This document shows positions 39,492-49,358 of a stretch of DNA of 64,000 nucleotides, piece after piece. The position numbers were made by a program, and so were the translations under genes. The stretch covers positions 32,001 through 96,000 of the forward strand of contig JBDHAC010000008.1 of NCBI GenBank assembly GCA_039588275.1, given 5' to 3'. Origin of the DNA: Gemmatimonadota bacterium. Its GTDB lineage: Bacteria > Gemmatimonadota > Gemmatimonadetes > Palauibacterales > Palauibacteraceae. The notes beneath the pieces are model-generated. The model was not told the origin of the DNA and made no database searches. It was given only the letters and a program-made list of their open reading frames with translations. Positions within the stretch are counted from its first letter, which is position 1. Each line of letters starts with the position of its first letter.

Positions 39492-40781
39492 ATGGAATTC
39501 TCCAGCCTGCCTGGTTTCCGGGAGTTCTTCCCGGATGAGCTCGCGATGCGGAATCACATCTTCGACGCCTGGCGCCAGGTGGCCGCTCGATACGGTTTCG
39601 TGGAGTACGACGGTCCTCCTCTCGAGCCACTGGAGCTGTACACCCGCAAGTCGGGCGAGGAGATCGTCGGGCAGCTGTACCGGTTTATGGACATGGGGGG
39701 ACGGGAAGTCGCTCTCCGCCCGGAGATGACACCGAGCTTCGCGCGCATGATCGCGTCGCGGGCGTCCGCCCTCCCCAAGCCGATACGCTGGTTCTCGATT
39801 CCGCAGCTCTTCCGTTACGAGCGACCTCAGCGCGGTCGCCTGCGCGAGCACTTCCAGCTCAACATGGACATCGTGGGCGAGACGGACCCCCTGGCGGACG
39901 CGGAACTGGTGGCGGCCGGGCTCGACGCGCTGCGTGCCCTCGGTCTCCGGGCCGAGCACATCGTGGCCCGCATATCGGATCGCAGACTCATCAGCGGCGT
40001 TCTGACCGCCCTGGGAGTACCCGACGAAGGTCGACTCACAGTGTTCGCCGCGCTCGACAAGCTCCATCGCGAGAGCGACGAATGGGTCCGCGATCGCCTG
40101 CGAGAGGCAGGTGCGGGCGCGACCGCCTCCGATCGTATCCTCGGACTGGCCGACGCGACCCTCGAGACCCTCTCGGTGGAATACGGCAAGACGGAGGAAG
40201 TGGCGACGGCCATAAAACGACTCGAGCGGTTCTTCGGCCACATGCGCGCCTTCGGCCTCGAGAAGTACGTGGTCTTCGACGCCGGGCTGGTGCGAGGACT
40301 CGCGTACTACACGGGGACCGTGTTCGAGATCTGGGAACGGAGCGGGAAGCTCCGGGCGATCTGCGGGGGCGGGCGGTACGATGACCTATTGAGCGCCCTC
40401 GGCGGCGTCGATCTGCCAGCGGTGGGTTTCGGGATGGGAGACGTGGTGCTTGCCGAGCTCCTGCGGGACCTCGAGCTCCTCCCGGACATCGCACCGCCGG
40501 TTCAGGACTACATCGTGTGTGTCTCCGAGGCAGAGCGGCACCTCGCGCTGGAGCTCGCGATGGTGCTTCGGGAGAGCGGACGACGCGTCACGTACGACCT
40601 CCGGGAGCGCGGGGTCGGGCGACAGCTGAAAGCCGCCAGCCAGGCCGGTGCGGAGCGCGCCATAATTCTCGGACCGGAGGAGCTGACGAGGGGCGCCGTC
40701 ATCGTGCGTCTCCTCGAGAGCGGCAAGGAGTCGGAAGTCCCGATCGACTCACTCCGGACTTCGGAGATGGGGGCGACGTGA
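39492..40781 (+). CDS. hisS: histidine--tRNA ligase
   Basis: LRPEMTPS, RYERPQRGRLREHFQ, LVRGLAYYTG, GGGRYD. Confidence 0.96.
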   Translation: MEFSSLPGFREFFPDELAMRNHIFDAWRQVAARYGFVEYDGPPLEPLELYTRKSGEEIVGQLYRFMDMGGREVALRPEMTPSFARMIASRASALPKPIRWFSIPQLFRYERPQRGRLREHFQLNMDIVGETDPLADAELVAAGLDALRALGLRAEHIVARISDRRLISGVLTALGVPDEGRLTVFAALDKLHRESDEWVRDRLREAGAGATASDRILGLADATLETLSVEYGKTEEVATAIKRLERFFGHMRAFGLEKYVVFDAGLVRGLAYYTGTVFEIWERSGKLRAICGGGRYDDLLSALGGVDLPAVGFGMGDVVLAELLRDLELLPDIAPPVQDYIVCVSEAERHLALELAMVLRESGRRVTYDLRERGVGRQLKAASQAGAERAIILGPEELTRGAVIVRLLESGKESEVPIDSLRTSEMGAT

Positions 40782-42241
40782 GCCGTGTAACCGGACTGAC
40801 GCCGCAGTCCGAGGACTTCTCCGCCTGGTACAACGAGATCGTGGTCGCGGCGGAACTCGCCGATCGCTCGCCGGTTCGGGGCTGCATGGTGATTCGCCCG
40901 TATGGCTACCGGATCTGGGAGCTCATCCAGGGCGGACTCGACCGGATGTTCAAGGCTACCGGTCACGAGAACGCCTATTTTCCGCTCTTCGTCCCCCAAT
41001 CGTACCTGGACCGCGAGGCCGATCACGTGGAAGGGTTCGCCCCTCAGACGGCCGTCGTGACACATGCTGGCGGAAAGCCACTCGAGGAGACGCTCGTCGT
41101 GCGGCCGACGTCCGAGGCCATCATCTGGCCCATCCTCGCCGATTGGATCCAGTCGTACCGGGATCTCCCGCTATTACTCAACCAATGGGCGAACGTCGTG
41201 CGCTGGGAGCTGCGCACGCGTCCCTTCCTGCGCACGACCGAGTTCCTGTGGCAGGAGGGGCATACCGCACACGCCACCGAGTACGAAGCCGAGGAAGAGG
41301 CTCGACGCATGCTCGGTGTGTACCGGAGCTTCATGGATGAGTACCTGGCGCTCGCGGTCCTGACGGGCGAGAAGACCGCCGACGAGCGGTTCGCCGGTGC
41401 GCTCCGCACGTACGCGTGCGAGGCGTTGATGCGAGACGGGAAGGCCCTCCAGGCCGGCACCAGCCACCATCTGGGCCAGAACTTCGCACGCGCATTCGAC
41501 GTCCAATTCCAGACCGAGCGGGGTGAGCACGATTACGTGTGGAGCACGTCCTGGGGTGTCTCCACACGACTGATTGGTGGGCTCATCATGGCGCACGGCG
41601 ATGATGCAGGGCTTGTGCTCCCTCCCCGCGTCGCCCCGCACCAGGTCGTGATCGTTCCGATCTGGAAGAGCGACCAACAACGGGGGTTGGTGCTGGACGC
41701 TTGCATGCCGTTACGCGAGAGGCTCAGGGACAGAGGCGTCCGCGCCCATCTGGACGAGCGCGACACCATCAATCCGGGGGCCAAGTTCTACGAGTGGGAG
41801 CGCAAGGGCGTTCCGCTCCGGCTCGAGGTGGGACCACGCGATGTCGAGGCTGAACAGGCGGTGGTCGTTCGACGCTTCGCGCCCGACGAGGGCGAGCGTA
41901 AGAAGGTCTTGTCCTGGCCGGAGACTGTCGAAACCATGGCCCCGTTGTTGGAGGAGATCCAGAAGACCATGCTGGGCGAAGCGCGTAAGGGACGTGAGTC
42001 CCGATCCGTGCGGGGCATGCGCGACTTCGGCGCGTTTCGCGCTCGGATCGAGGAATCGCCGGGATTCGTGTTCACGGGCTGGTGCGGACGCGCGGAGTGT
42101 GCGGACCGCGTGCAGGCTGAGACCAAGGCGACGATCCGGGTGATCCCGGATCCCGAGTTTCAGAGTGACCCGGCTCCCGACACGTGTCTGGTGTGCGAAG
42201 ACCCGGCCGACGTGGAGGTTGTCTGGGCCAAGGCGTATTGA
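40778..42241 (+). CDS. proS: proline--tRNA ligase, archaeal/eukaryotic type
   Basis: [47 protein letters not shown]-terminal Cys domain ending AKAY. Confidence 0.96.
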   Translation: MSRVTGLTPQSEDFSAWYNEIVVAAELADRSPVRGCMVIRPYGYRIWELIQGGLDRMFKATGHENAYFPLFVPQSYLDREADHVEGFAPQTAVVTHAGGKPLEETLVVRPTSEAIIWPILADWIQSYRDLPLLLNQWANVVRWELRTRPFLRTTEFLWQEGHTAHATEYEAEEEARRMLGVYRSFMDEYLALAVLTGEKTADERFAGALRTYACEALMRDGKALQAGTSHHLGQNFARAFDVQFQTERGEHDYVWSTSWGVSTRLIGGLIMAHGDDAGLVLPPRVAPHQVVIVPIWKSDQQRGLVLDACMPLRERLRDRGVRAHLDERDTINPGAKFYEWERKGVPLRLEVGPRDVEAEQAVVVRRFAPDEGERKKVLSWPETVETMAPLLEEIQKTMLGEARKGRESRSVRGMRDFGAFRARIEESPGFVFTGWCGRAECADRVQAETKATIRVIPDPEFQSDPAPDTCLVCEDPADVEVVWAKAY

Positions 42242-42416
42242 AACACGGACGCGTGTGCCCCCTCCGTCGCGACACGGAAGATGCGCGGCGCGGCATAGCG
42301 GCGCCTCGCGCCCTCACGACGGCACAACGGGAGCGAGAGGTCGTGCTCATCGCGCGCAGATCTACGGTCGCGCCGAAGGGGACCCACGCACCCGTGCTCA
42401 CGAAAGGGGAGCGGTA

Positions 42417-43955
42417 GTGAGCGGCGTTCTGGTTCTCGACTACGGATCGCAATACACGCAGTTGATCGCACGCCGGATCCGAGAGGAGCGGGTGTACTGC
42501 GAGGTGCACCCGCCGACGCGCACGCTCGACTGGATCAGCGAGTTCTCACCCGAGGCGATCATCCTGTCCGGGGGACCTGCGAGCGTGTACGACGATGACA
42601 TGCCCGGCGTAGACCCCGGACTACTCGACTTCGGTGTGCCCGTTCTCGGCATCTGCTACGGGATGCAGCTGATCGCCGACCTCGAGGGAAGTGAGGTCGA
42701 GCCCGCCGAGCGACGTGAGTACGGTCGGGCTCGTCTCGAGATCCTGATGAGCAATGGTCTGTTTCGGGGGTTCGCCCCGGGCGAGCAGACGCAGGTCTGG
42801 ATGAGCCACGGCGACGAGCTACGGGGTGTGCCTTCGGGCTTCGACGTGATCGGCCGGACCGAGACGAATCCGATCGCAGCCATTTCGGCAAGAGACCGGA
42901 GCGTGTACGCCGTTCAGTTTCACCCCGAGGTGGCTCACACGCACCGTGGTGACGAGATCCTCCGCAACTTCCTGTTCGAGATTGCCGGGTGCGAGGGCGA
43001 TTGGACCCCCGCGAGCATCGTATCGACGCATGTGGAAGCGGTCCGGCGCCAGGTCGGCGCCGAACACGTCATCTGCGGCCTGTCGGGCGGCGTGGACTCT
43101 TCGGTCGCCGCCGCGCTCGTTCACCGGGCGGTCGGAGACCAGTTGACGTGCATCTTCGTGGACACGGGGCTATTGCGTAAGGGTGAGAGACACTCGGTGG
43201 AACAGGTCTTCCGCGATCACCTGGGGCTACGGCTCGAGGTCGTGGATGCTTCCGACCGTTTTCTGGATCGACTGGTCGGGGTGGAGGATCCCGAGGAAAA
43301 GCGGATTCGAATCGGCCACACGTTTATCGACGTGTTCGAGGAGGCTGCCGGCCGTCACGGGGATGCGCGCTTCCTCGTACAAGGGACCTTGTATCCGGAC
43401 GTGATCGAGTCGGTATCGGTGTGGGGGCCATCGGTCACGATCAAATCGCATCACAACGTGGGTGGCCTCCGCCCCGACCATCCGTTCGATCTCATCGAGC
43501 CGCTGCGCGAGCTGTTCAAGGATGAGGTCCGGGCCGTCGGGCGCGAACTCGGGCTTCCGGAGGAGATCGTGGGGCGGCACCCGTTCCCGGGTCCCGGGCT
43601 TGCGATTCGTGTACTGGGCGAGGTGACTCGCGAGAATCTCACGACCCTGCGCGAGGTGGATGCCATCTACCTGGAGGAGATTCGCAGCGCCGACCTGTAT
43701 GACGATATTTGGCAGGCGTTCGCCGTGTTGCTTCCGGTCCGTGCCGTCGGCGTCATGGGAGACTCGAGGACGTACGAGAACGTGGTTGCCCTTCGGGCGG
43801 TGACGAGTCGCGATGGCATGACCGCCGATTGGTTCCAATTTCCCCACGAAGTGCTGGCTCGCATGTCGAACCGGATCATCAACGAGGTCGAGGGTGTGAA
43901 CCGGGTCGTATACGACGTGTCCTCGAAGCCACCGGCGACGATCGAGTGGGAGTGA
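42417..43955 (+). CDS. guaA: GMP synthase (glutamine-hydrolysing)
   Basis: [45 protein letters not shown]. Confidence 0.97.
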   Translation: MSGVLVLDYGSQYTQLIARRIREERVYCEVHPPTRTLDWISEFSPEAIILSGGPASVYDDDMPGVDPGLLDFGVPVLGICYGMQLIADLEGSEVEPAERREYGRARLEILMSNGLFRGFAPGEQTQVWMSHGDELRGVPSGFDVIGRTETNPIAAISARDRSVYAVQFHPEVAHTHRGDEILRNFLFEIAGCEGDWTPASIVSTHVEAVRRQVGAEHVICGLSGGVDSSVAAALVHRAVGDQLTCIFVDTGLLRKGERHSVEQVFRDHLGLRLEVVDASDRFLDRLVGVEDPEEKRIRIGHTFIDVFEEAAGRHGDARFLVQGTLYPDVIESVSVWGPSVTIKSHHNVGGLRPDHPFDLIEPLRELFKDEVRAVGRELGLPEEIVGRHPFPGPGLAIRVLGEVTRENLTTLREVDAIYLEEIRSADLYDDIWQAFAVLLPVRAVGVMGDSRTYENVVALRAVTSRDGMTADWFQFPHEVLARMSNRIINEVEGVNRVVYDVSSKPPATIEWE

Positions 43956-44046
43956 CGGCGGTGGACGGCGCGCTCCCGTGCATGCAGCGTGTCCGCGGGC
44001 GAGAGACCGGTCCCTGGCCCCCCAACGATCAAGGTGAGCGATAGAG

Positions 44047-44823
44047 ATGAACGGACCAGGAGTGAAGTCGCAGTTGGATGAGATGGTCGAGTGGCTCGAC
44101 ACGTATCTGAGAATCGCAGAGTTGGAAGACGATCCGGGCGCGATGAACGGCCTGCAGTTGGAAAACAGCGGCCGGGTCGCGAAGGTGGGCGCGGCCACGG
44201 ACGCATCATTGGCCACCATCAAGGCGGCGGCCGACTCCGGCTGTCAGATGCTGTTGGTGCACCACGGCCTCTTCTGGGCCGACACGATTCCGATCGTGGG
44301 CGTCGTATACCGCCGGATGCGGGCCCTGTTCGACGGGGACTTGGCCGTGTACAGCGCACACCTCCCGCTTGACGTTCACCCGGAAGTCGGCAACAACATC
44401 CTCCTGCTCAAAGCCCTCGGGCTCGAGTTGGACGGACGCTTCGGCCGGACATCCTCGGTCGACAACCTGGGCGTATGGGCCAGCCCCGAGATGTCGCGCG
44501 AGGAGGTGCTGGCGCGAGTGGGGCAAGCGTGCGGTACGACACCTCACCTGATTCCGGGAGGCCCCCCGCAGGTCAACCGCGTCGGGATCATCACCGGCGG
44601 AGGTGGCTCGATGATCGCGCAGGCGGCCGAGGCGCGCATGGACACGCTGATCACGGGAGAGGGGAAGCACCACACCTACCACGAGGCCCTGGAGCTCGGC
44701 CTGAACGTCATCTACGCCGGGCATTACGCGACCGAGACGTTCGGAGTCAAGGCACTCGCCAGCAAGCTCGCGCAGCGTTTCGCGATCGAGTGGGAGTTCC
44801 TGGATGCGCCGACAGGCTTATAG
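44047..44823 (+). CDS. Nif3/YbgI-like dinuclear metal protein
   Basis: NGLQLE, VHHGLFW, SAHLPLDVHPEVGNN, AGHYATE. Confidence 0.92.
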   Translation: MNGPGVKSQLDEMVEWLDTYLRIAELEDDPGAMNGLQLENSGRVAKVGAATDASLATIKAAADSGCQMLLVHHGLFWADTIPIVGVVYRRMRALFDGDLAVYSAHLPLDVHPEVGNNILLLKALGLELDGRFGRTSSVDNLGVWASPEMSREEVLARVGQACGTTPHLIPGGPPQVNRVGIITGGGGSMIAQAAEARMDTLITGEGKHHTYHEALELGLNVIYAGHYATETFGVKALASKLAQRFAIEWEFLDAPTGL

Positions 44824-44843
44824 ATCTGTCTGTCGTCAAAGAG

Positions 44844-44890
44844 GTCCGGCCGGCGGTCGCGAGCGCGGCCAAAGCTCCCACCGGCCGGAC
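44844..44890. terminator. inverted repeat between convergent genes (probable terminator)
   Basis: Perfect 10-bp arms GTCCGGCCGG / CCGGCCGGAC; no clear U-tract. Confidence 0.5.
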
Positions 44891-44898
44891 GAGGGGTC

Positions 44899-45822
44899 TC
44901 AGAACACCGAGATCTTGATGTCCTTCAGATAGCGCTCGGGGTGCTCGCGCAGGTCCTTCGTGAGGAGCGCGATCTCCTCGGTCGCGGTTTGCAGATTGGC
45001 GATCGCTCCCCGCACTTCGTCGTACAGCGCCTCGTCCGTCAACATCTTGCCAAACGTGCCTTCGCCCGCGTCGAGCCTCGCGGTGATCGATGCGAGCGAT
45101 TGGGTCGTCGAGTCGAAGCTCACGCTGGCCGTCGCCAGCCGGGTCGTCAGGGTGTCCAGGTTCGCGAGCGCCCGCTCCAGGTCCGGTCCATCGGCGACCT
45201 CGGCGATCCGCGCCGACGCCTGGTCCAGGTTCCCCAACAGCGAGCTCAACGACTCGCGCTCGGCGCGGACCAGGCTCTGAAGCTCGCGCATGGCCGCGGC
45301 GAACGCGGACGAGCTCTCTCGGATGTCCGACACGGTCCGCTCCGACAGCACATCCTCGATCCGCTCCAAGATCACGTTGGTCTCGTCCCCGAGATCGGCA
45401 GCCAGCGATTGGAGATCCGCGGACCGACCGAGTTGGATCGTATCACCGGACACGAGGACCCGATCGGAAACCCCCGGGATCAGCTCCACCATCTGGGTGC
45501 CCAGAAACCCGGCCGCGCGAATGACGCCGCGCGTATCTACGGGCAGGTCGGTCTCGTGATGGATCCCCAGGCCGATCACGACGCGGAACCCGTCCAGACG
45601 CACGGACTCCACCTCACCCACCTCGATCCCGAGCAGAAACACCTTCGCGTCATCGGTTATCTGCCCCGCCTCCGGCGCGATGCCGTGGATCCGGAGTTGA
45701 GGCCCTCCGAGCCGTGTGTTGCTGATCCAGAAGAGACCGACCACGAGCGCCAGCAGGGCGAAAAGGACGAGAATCCCGACTTGCAGCTCGGCGCCCCGAT
45801 CTCGAATTCCAGGGTCCCTCAT
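44899..45822 (-). CDS. MCE/MlaD family protein with long helical extension
   Basis: N-terminal TM, GIEVGEV, GFLGTQMVELIPG, GEGTFGKML..EALY, HPERY. Confidence 0.9.
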   Translation of the reverse strand: MRDPGIRDRGAELQVGILVLFALLALVVGLFWISNTRLGGPQLRIHGIAPEAGQITDDAKVFLLGIEVGEVESVRLDGFRVVIGLGIHHETDLPVDTRGVIRAAGFLGTQMVELIPGVSDRVLVSGDTIQLGRSADLQSLAADLGDETNVILERIEDVLSERTVSDIRESSSAFAAAMRELQSLVRAERESLSSLLGNLDQASARIAEVADGPDLERALANLDTLTTRLATASVSFDSTTQSLASITARLDAGEGTFGKMLTDEALYDEVRGAIANLQTATEEIALLTKDLREHPERYLKDIKISVF

Positions 45823-46595
45823 GTCCGACCTCCCGGATCCACCTCGCCCTCCTCGGGTTCTCCTCGGGATGACGCGTCGAGGAAGCCGCGGACGACGGGA
45901 TTCTCGGTACTTCGCAACTCCTCGGGCGTGCCCTGGGCCTGAACGAGGCCCTCCGAGAGGAGGACGATCCGGTCGGCCAAGAAGAACGCGGATTCGACGT
46001 CGTGCGTGACGATCACGCTCGTACCCCCGACCTCCGCGCTCACTCTCGAGATGAGGTTGTTGATGCGCGCCGCGTTCACGGGATCCAGTCCGGTAGTCGG
46101 CTCGTCGTATAGCACGTAGGGTTCCCGCCCGATGATCGCCCGCGCGATCGCGACTCGCTTCTGCATCCCACCCGACAGCTCGGCCGGGAGCAGCTTCTCC
46201 ACGTCGGGCGTGAGGTTAACCAGTGAGAGCGCTTCTCGCACCAGCGCCTCGCAGTCCACGCCGGGATCATCGCACGCCCCCTCTCGCAGGCCGAGGAGCA
46301 GGTTGCCCCGCACCGTCAGCGAATCGAACAAGGCCGAGTTCTGAAACACGTAGCTGATTCGCTCGCGGACCCTGGAGATTCCATGGCGATCGGCCCCCGA
46401 TACGGAGATGCCGTCCACCAGCACATCTCCTTCATCGGGATCCATCAGACCCACGATATGTTTCAGCAGGACGCTCTTCCCCGTGCCGGAAGGACCCATC
46501 ACGACGAGGCTCTCCCCCTCCGCGATCGTCAGGTTCACCCCGCTCAGAACCGGCTTCCGATTCAGCGTCTTGTGGAGGTTGCGGATCTCGATCAT
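45819..46595 (-). CDS. MlaF-like ABC ATPase
   Basis: GPSGTGKS, LSGGMQKRVAIARA, YDEPTTGLDP; ATG 46595. Confidence 0.93.
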   Translation of the reverse strand: MIEIRNLHKTLNRKPVLSGVNLTIAEGESLVVMGPSGTGKSVLLKHIVGLMDPDEGDVLVDGISVSGADRHGISRVRERISYVFQNSALFDSLTVRGNLLLGLREGACDDPGVDCEALVREALSLVNLTPDVEKLLPAELSGGMQKRVAIARAIIGREPYVLYDEPTTGLDPVNAARINNLISRVSAEVGGTSVIVTHDVESAFFLADRIVLLSEGLVQAQGTPEELRSTENPVVRGFLDASSRGEPEEGEVDPGGRT

Positions 46596-47374
46596 GAAAC
46601 GGCTTTGTACACGGGGGCGAGAACCACATCCAGGGCCATGATCGCCACGATGATCGCCACCACCGCTTTCGTCGCCGTGCGGCCGACGCCGGCCGCGCCT
46701 CCTTCGGCCCGTAGCCCCACATAGCTGGCAGTGAACGTGATCGTGAAGCCGAAGGCCACCGCCTTCACCAGCGAGTAGATGAGCGCCGCCGAATGGTAGT
46801 ACCCGCGGGTCCCGAGGACGTACTCGGCGGTCGTCATCGGGAGGACCGTGATCGCCGTGAGCCACCCGCTCGCGATCCCCATGATGTCGGCGAGGATCAC
46901 GAGAGGCACGAGCATGATGGTCCCCGCCACCACGCGTGGAACGACGAGCTCGACGACCGGGTCCCGTCCGAGGGTGAGAAGGGCATCGATCTGATCGGTG
47001 ACCTTCATCGTGCCCAGCTCGGCTCCGATCCCCGCCCCCATTCGGCCTGCGAGCACGATGGCCGTCAGCACCGGACCAAGCTCCGTCAGCATGCCGCCCG
47101 CCACCGAGCCCGCTACGATGGAGAGAGGGAGTCCGGTCGCCATCTGGTAGAACGTCTGCTGCGCGAGCACCGAGCCGGCGAGAGCGCCCATCAACAGCAC
47201 GAGCGCGAGGCCATCCACACCGATGCGCTTCGCCTGAGCGATCGTTTCCGCCCAGTACCGCGACGGGTGCCCCAGCGCGAGGATGGTGGCCCAGAACAGC
47301 ACACCGGCGCGGCCCGCGTGCAACGCCGCGCCGCGCCCCGCCCGCCCCAGCCCAATGAGCAGCCGGCCAATCAC
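46592..47374 (-). CDS. MlaE-like ABC permease
   Basis: ELGPVLTAIVLAGR.G..IGAELGTMKVTDQIDAL, GVGRTATKAVV. Confidence 0.93.
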   Translation of the reverse strand: MIGRLLIGLGRAGRGAALHAGRAGVLFWATILALGHPSRYWAETIAQAKRIGVDGLALVLLMGALAGSVLAQQTFYQMATGLPLSIVAGSVAGGMLTELGPVLTAIVLAGRMGAGIGAELGTMKVTDQIDALLTLGRDPVVELVVPRVVAGTIMLVPLVILADIMGIASGWLTAITVLPMTTAEYVLGTRGYYHSAALIYSLVKAVAFGFTITFTASYVGLRAEGGAAGVGRTATKAVVAIIVAIMALDVVLAPVYKAVS

Positions 47375-47784
47375 CGTCGGCGTACACCCACCGAGTCAGA
47401 TGCCTGCAGCTCGTCGTCGGTCTCTCGGTTTGCCCCGCCTGCCAGCTCGTCCGCGCGAGCGGCGATGAGCTCCCAGAGCACAGCCATCGCCTCCGGATCG
47501 GAACCGCGCCGCGCGGCGAACCGATCGAGGTCCTCCAGCGTCAACCCGCGTTCCTGGAGAGTCGTGAAGCGGGCGGAATCCGCTGCCAGCGAGTCACGCG
47601 CGCTGAAGCGCCACCCCAGCGACGCCAACTCGGACATCACCTCGACATATGCGGAATCATCGAGGATGTCCGCGGACCCGCCATCTCCACCGCAGCCCGC
47701 GAGCAACACGGCCAGTACCCACCCGGTGAGCACCCCCGGGGGTCCAGTCGCGCCCGCGCCGATCTGGTTGGAGCCCGACCTCAT
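47371..47784 (-). CDS. small helical lipoprotein of unknown function
   Basis: Lipobox VLLAGC; 4-nt overlaps with pepD and mlaE. Confidence 0.7.
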   Translation of the reverse strand: MRSGSNQIGAGATGPPGVLTGWVLAVLLAGCGGDGGSADILDDSAYVEVMSELASLGWRFSARDSLAADSARFTTLQERGLTLEDLDRFAARRGSDPEAMAVLWELIAARADELAGGANRETDDELQASDSVGVRRR

Positions 47785-49232
47785 TCCAACCGTTCGAGAA
47801 CCGTGCACAGCACGGCGTAGAACTTGTCGACGGACTCGATGTGCACACGCTCATCCGGCGAGTGGGGGAACTCGATCTGCGGTCCGAACGAGACCATGTC
47901 CATGCCCTCGATCTTCTCGCCGATGATGCCACACTCGAGGCCCGCGTGCACGGCACCTACCTCGGGCTCGCCCATGGACTCCGTGTACACGCCCTTCACG
48001 GTCGCCAGAAGCGGCGAGCTGACATCAGGCTGCCAACCCGGGTAGCCATCCCCCTCGTGCACGTCGGCCTGAACGAGGGCTGCGGCGGCGCGAATGCGCT
48101 GACGCAGGGCCGACAGGGCGGAGTCGACCGAGCTCCGGCTGCTGAGCAGGATATCCAGGCTATCGTCGTTCGGCGTCACCGTGGCCAGGTTCGTGCTCGT
48201 CTCCACCAGACCCGGAATCTCGTAGCTCATCGACATCACCCCGTGAGGCAGGGCGGTGACGAACGCCAGCGTCCGCAGCGTGGATGCCGGGTCCATCACC
48301 GATTCGACGGTCCCGGCATCGGAGAGCTCGAAGCTCAGGTTGGGGTCGACCGGCTCGAACTCTGCCTGTATCGCCTCGGCCTCCGCGTCGAGGCAGGCCC
48401 TGAGGCGATCCGCTCCCCCGCCGTCCGACAGAACGACCGTCGCAGACGCCTCGCGGGGAATGGCGTTGTGCGCGTTGCCACCCGCGAACGACACGAGCTG
48501 GAAAGGCTCGTCGAGCGAGGTCCGGTAAAGCGCGCGTGCCAGCAGTCTGATCGCGTTTCCGCGTTGCAGGTGGATGTCCACCCCGGAGTGACCGCCACGC
48601 AGGCCGCTGACCCGGATCGTCAGCGCCGTCGCGCCGTCGGGCGCCGCTTCGTAGCTGATCGGCAGGTGGAGGTGCGAGTCTGCACCGCCCGCGCAGCCGA
48701 TCGTGATCACCCCCTCCTCCTCGGAATCGAGGTTGAGTAGCCGGCGGCCGTTCAGCATCCCGGGCTCGAGGCTCGCCGCTCCTGTGAGCCCGGTTTCCTC
48801 GTCGACCGTGAACAGTAGCTCCAGCGGACCGTGCGACAGACCAGGATCCTCCTCGATCGCCAGCATGGCCGCCACGCCGACGCCGTTGTCGGACCCCAGC
48901 GTCGTCCCATTGGCAGTAAGGTACTCGCCGTCCTGGAGCGGCTCGATCGCATCCGTCTCGAAGTCGAGCGCGACGCCGGAATTCTTCTCCTGAACCATGT
49001 CGAGATGGGCCTGGAGGATGGTCGCGGGCACGCTCTCCCGGCCCGGCGCAGCGGGCTTGCGCACTACTGTATTGCCTGCGGCGTCTACCTCGTACTCGAG
49101 GCCGTTACGTTCCGCCACCTCGATCACGTACTCGCGCATGCGACCCTCGTCCTTGGACGCGCGCGGAATGGTCAGGATATGGTCGAAGTGCGCCCATAGC
49201 GCCTGCGGCTTGAGCTCGGACACGAATGTCAT
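47781..49232 (-). CDS. pepD: aminoacyl-histidine dipeptidase (M20C)
   Basis: LQAHLDMV, TLGSDNG, DEETG, NLDSE, GGHSG, VHAGLECG, HSPDE. Confidence 0.94.
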   Translation of the reverse strand: MTFVSELKPQALWAHFDHILTIPRASKDEGRMREYVIEVAERNGLEYEVDAAGNTVVRKPAAPGRESVPATILQAHLDMVQEKNSGVALDFETDAIEPLQDGEYLTANGTTLGSDNGVGVAAMLAIEEDPGLSHGPLELLFTVDEETGLTGAASLEPGMLNGRRLLNLDSEEEGVITIGCAGGADSHLHLPISYEAAPDGATALTIRVSGLRGGHSGVDIHLQRGNAIRLLARALYRTSLDEPFQLVSFAGGNAHNAIPREASATVVLSDGGGADRLRACLDAEAEAIQAEFEPVDPNLSFELSDAGTVESVMDPASTLRTLAFVTALPHGVMSMSYEIPGLVETSTNLATVTPNDDSLDILLSSRSSVDSALSALRQRIRAAAALVQADVHEGDGYPGWQPDVSSPLLATVKGVYTESMGEPEVGAVHAGLECGIIGEKIEGMDMVSFGPQIEFPHSPDERVHIESVDKFYAVLCTVLERLE

Positions 49233-49358
49233 CGGATCTCTCCTCCGGCCTGGACCGGCATTCGATTTCGGTTGGTTCCCACTGGCGCATCGGGACGCGT
49301 GCGCACAGCTTCTCCCACGTTATCGCCCAAGCGGAAACTCGTCCACGGAGGGGGTCGG

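Noticed and set aside
45819..47387. 522-aa ORF suggesting an N-terminally fused MlaF
   Set aside because: Upstream part is an alternative frame of mlaE; real ATG at 46595 overlaps the mlaE stop
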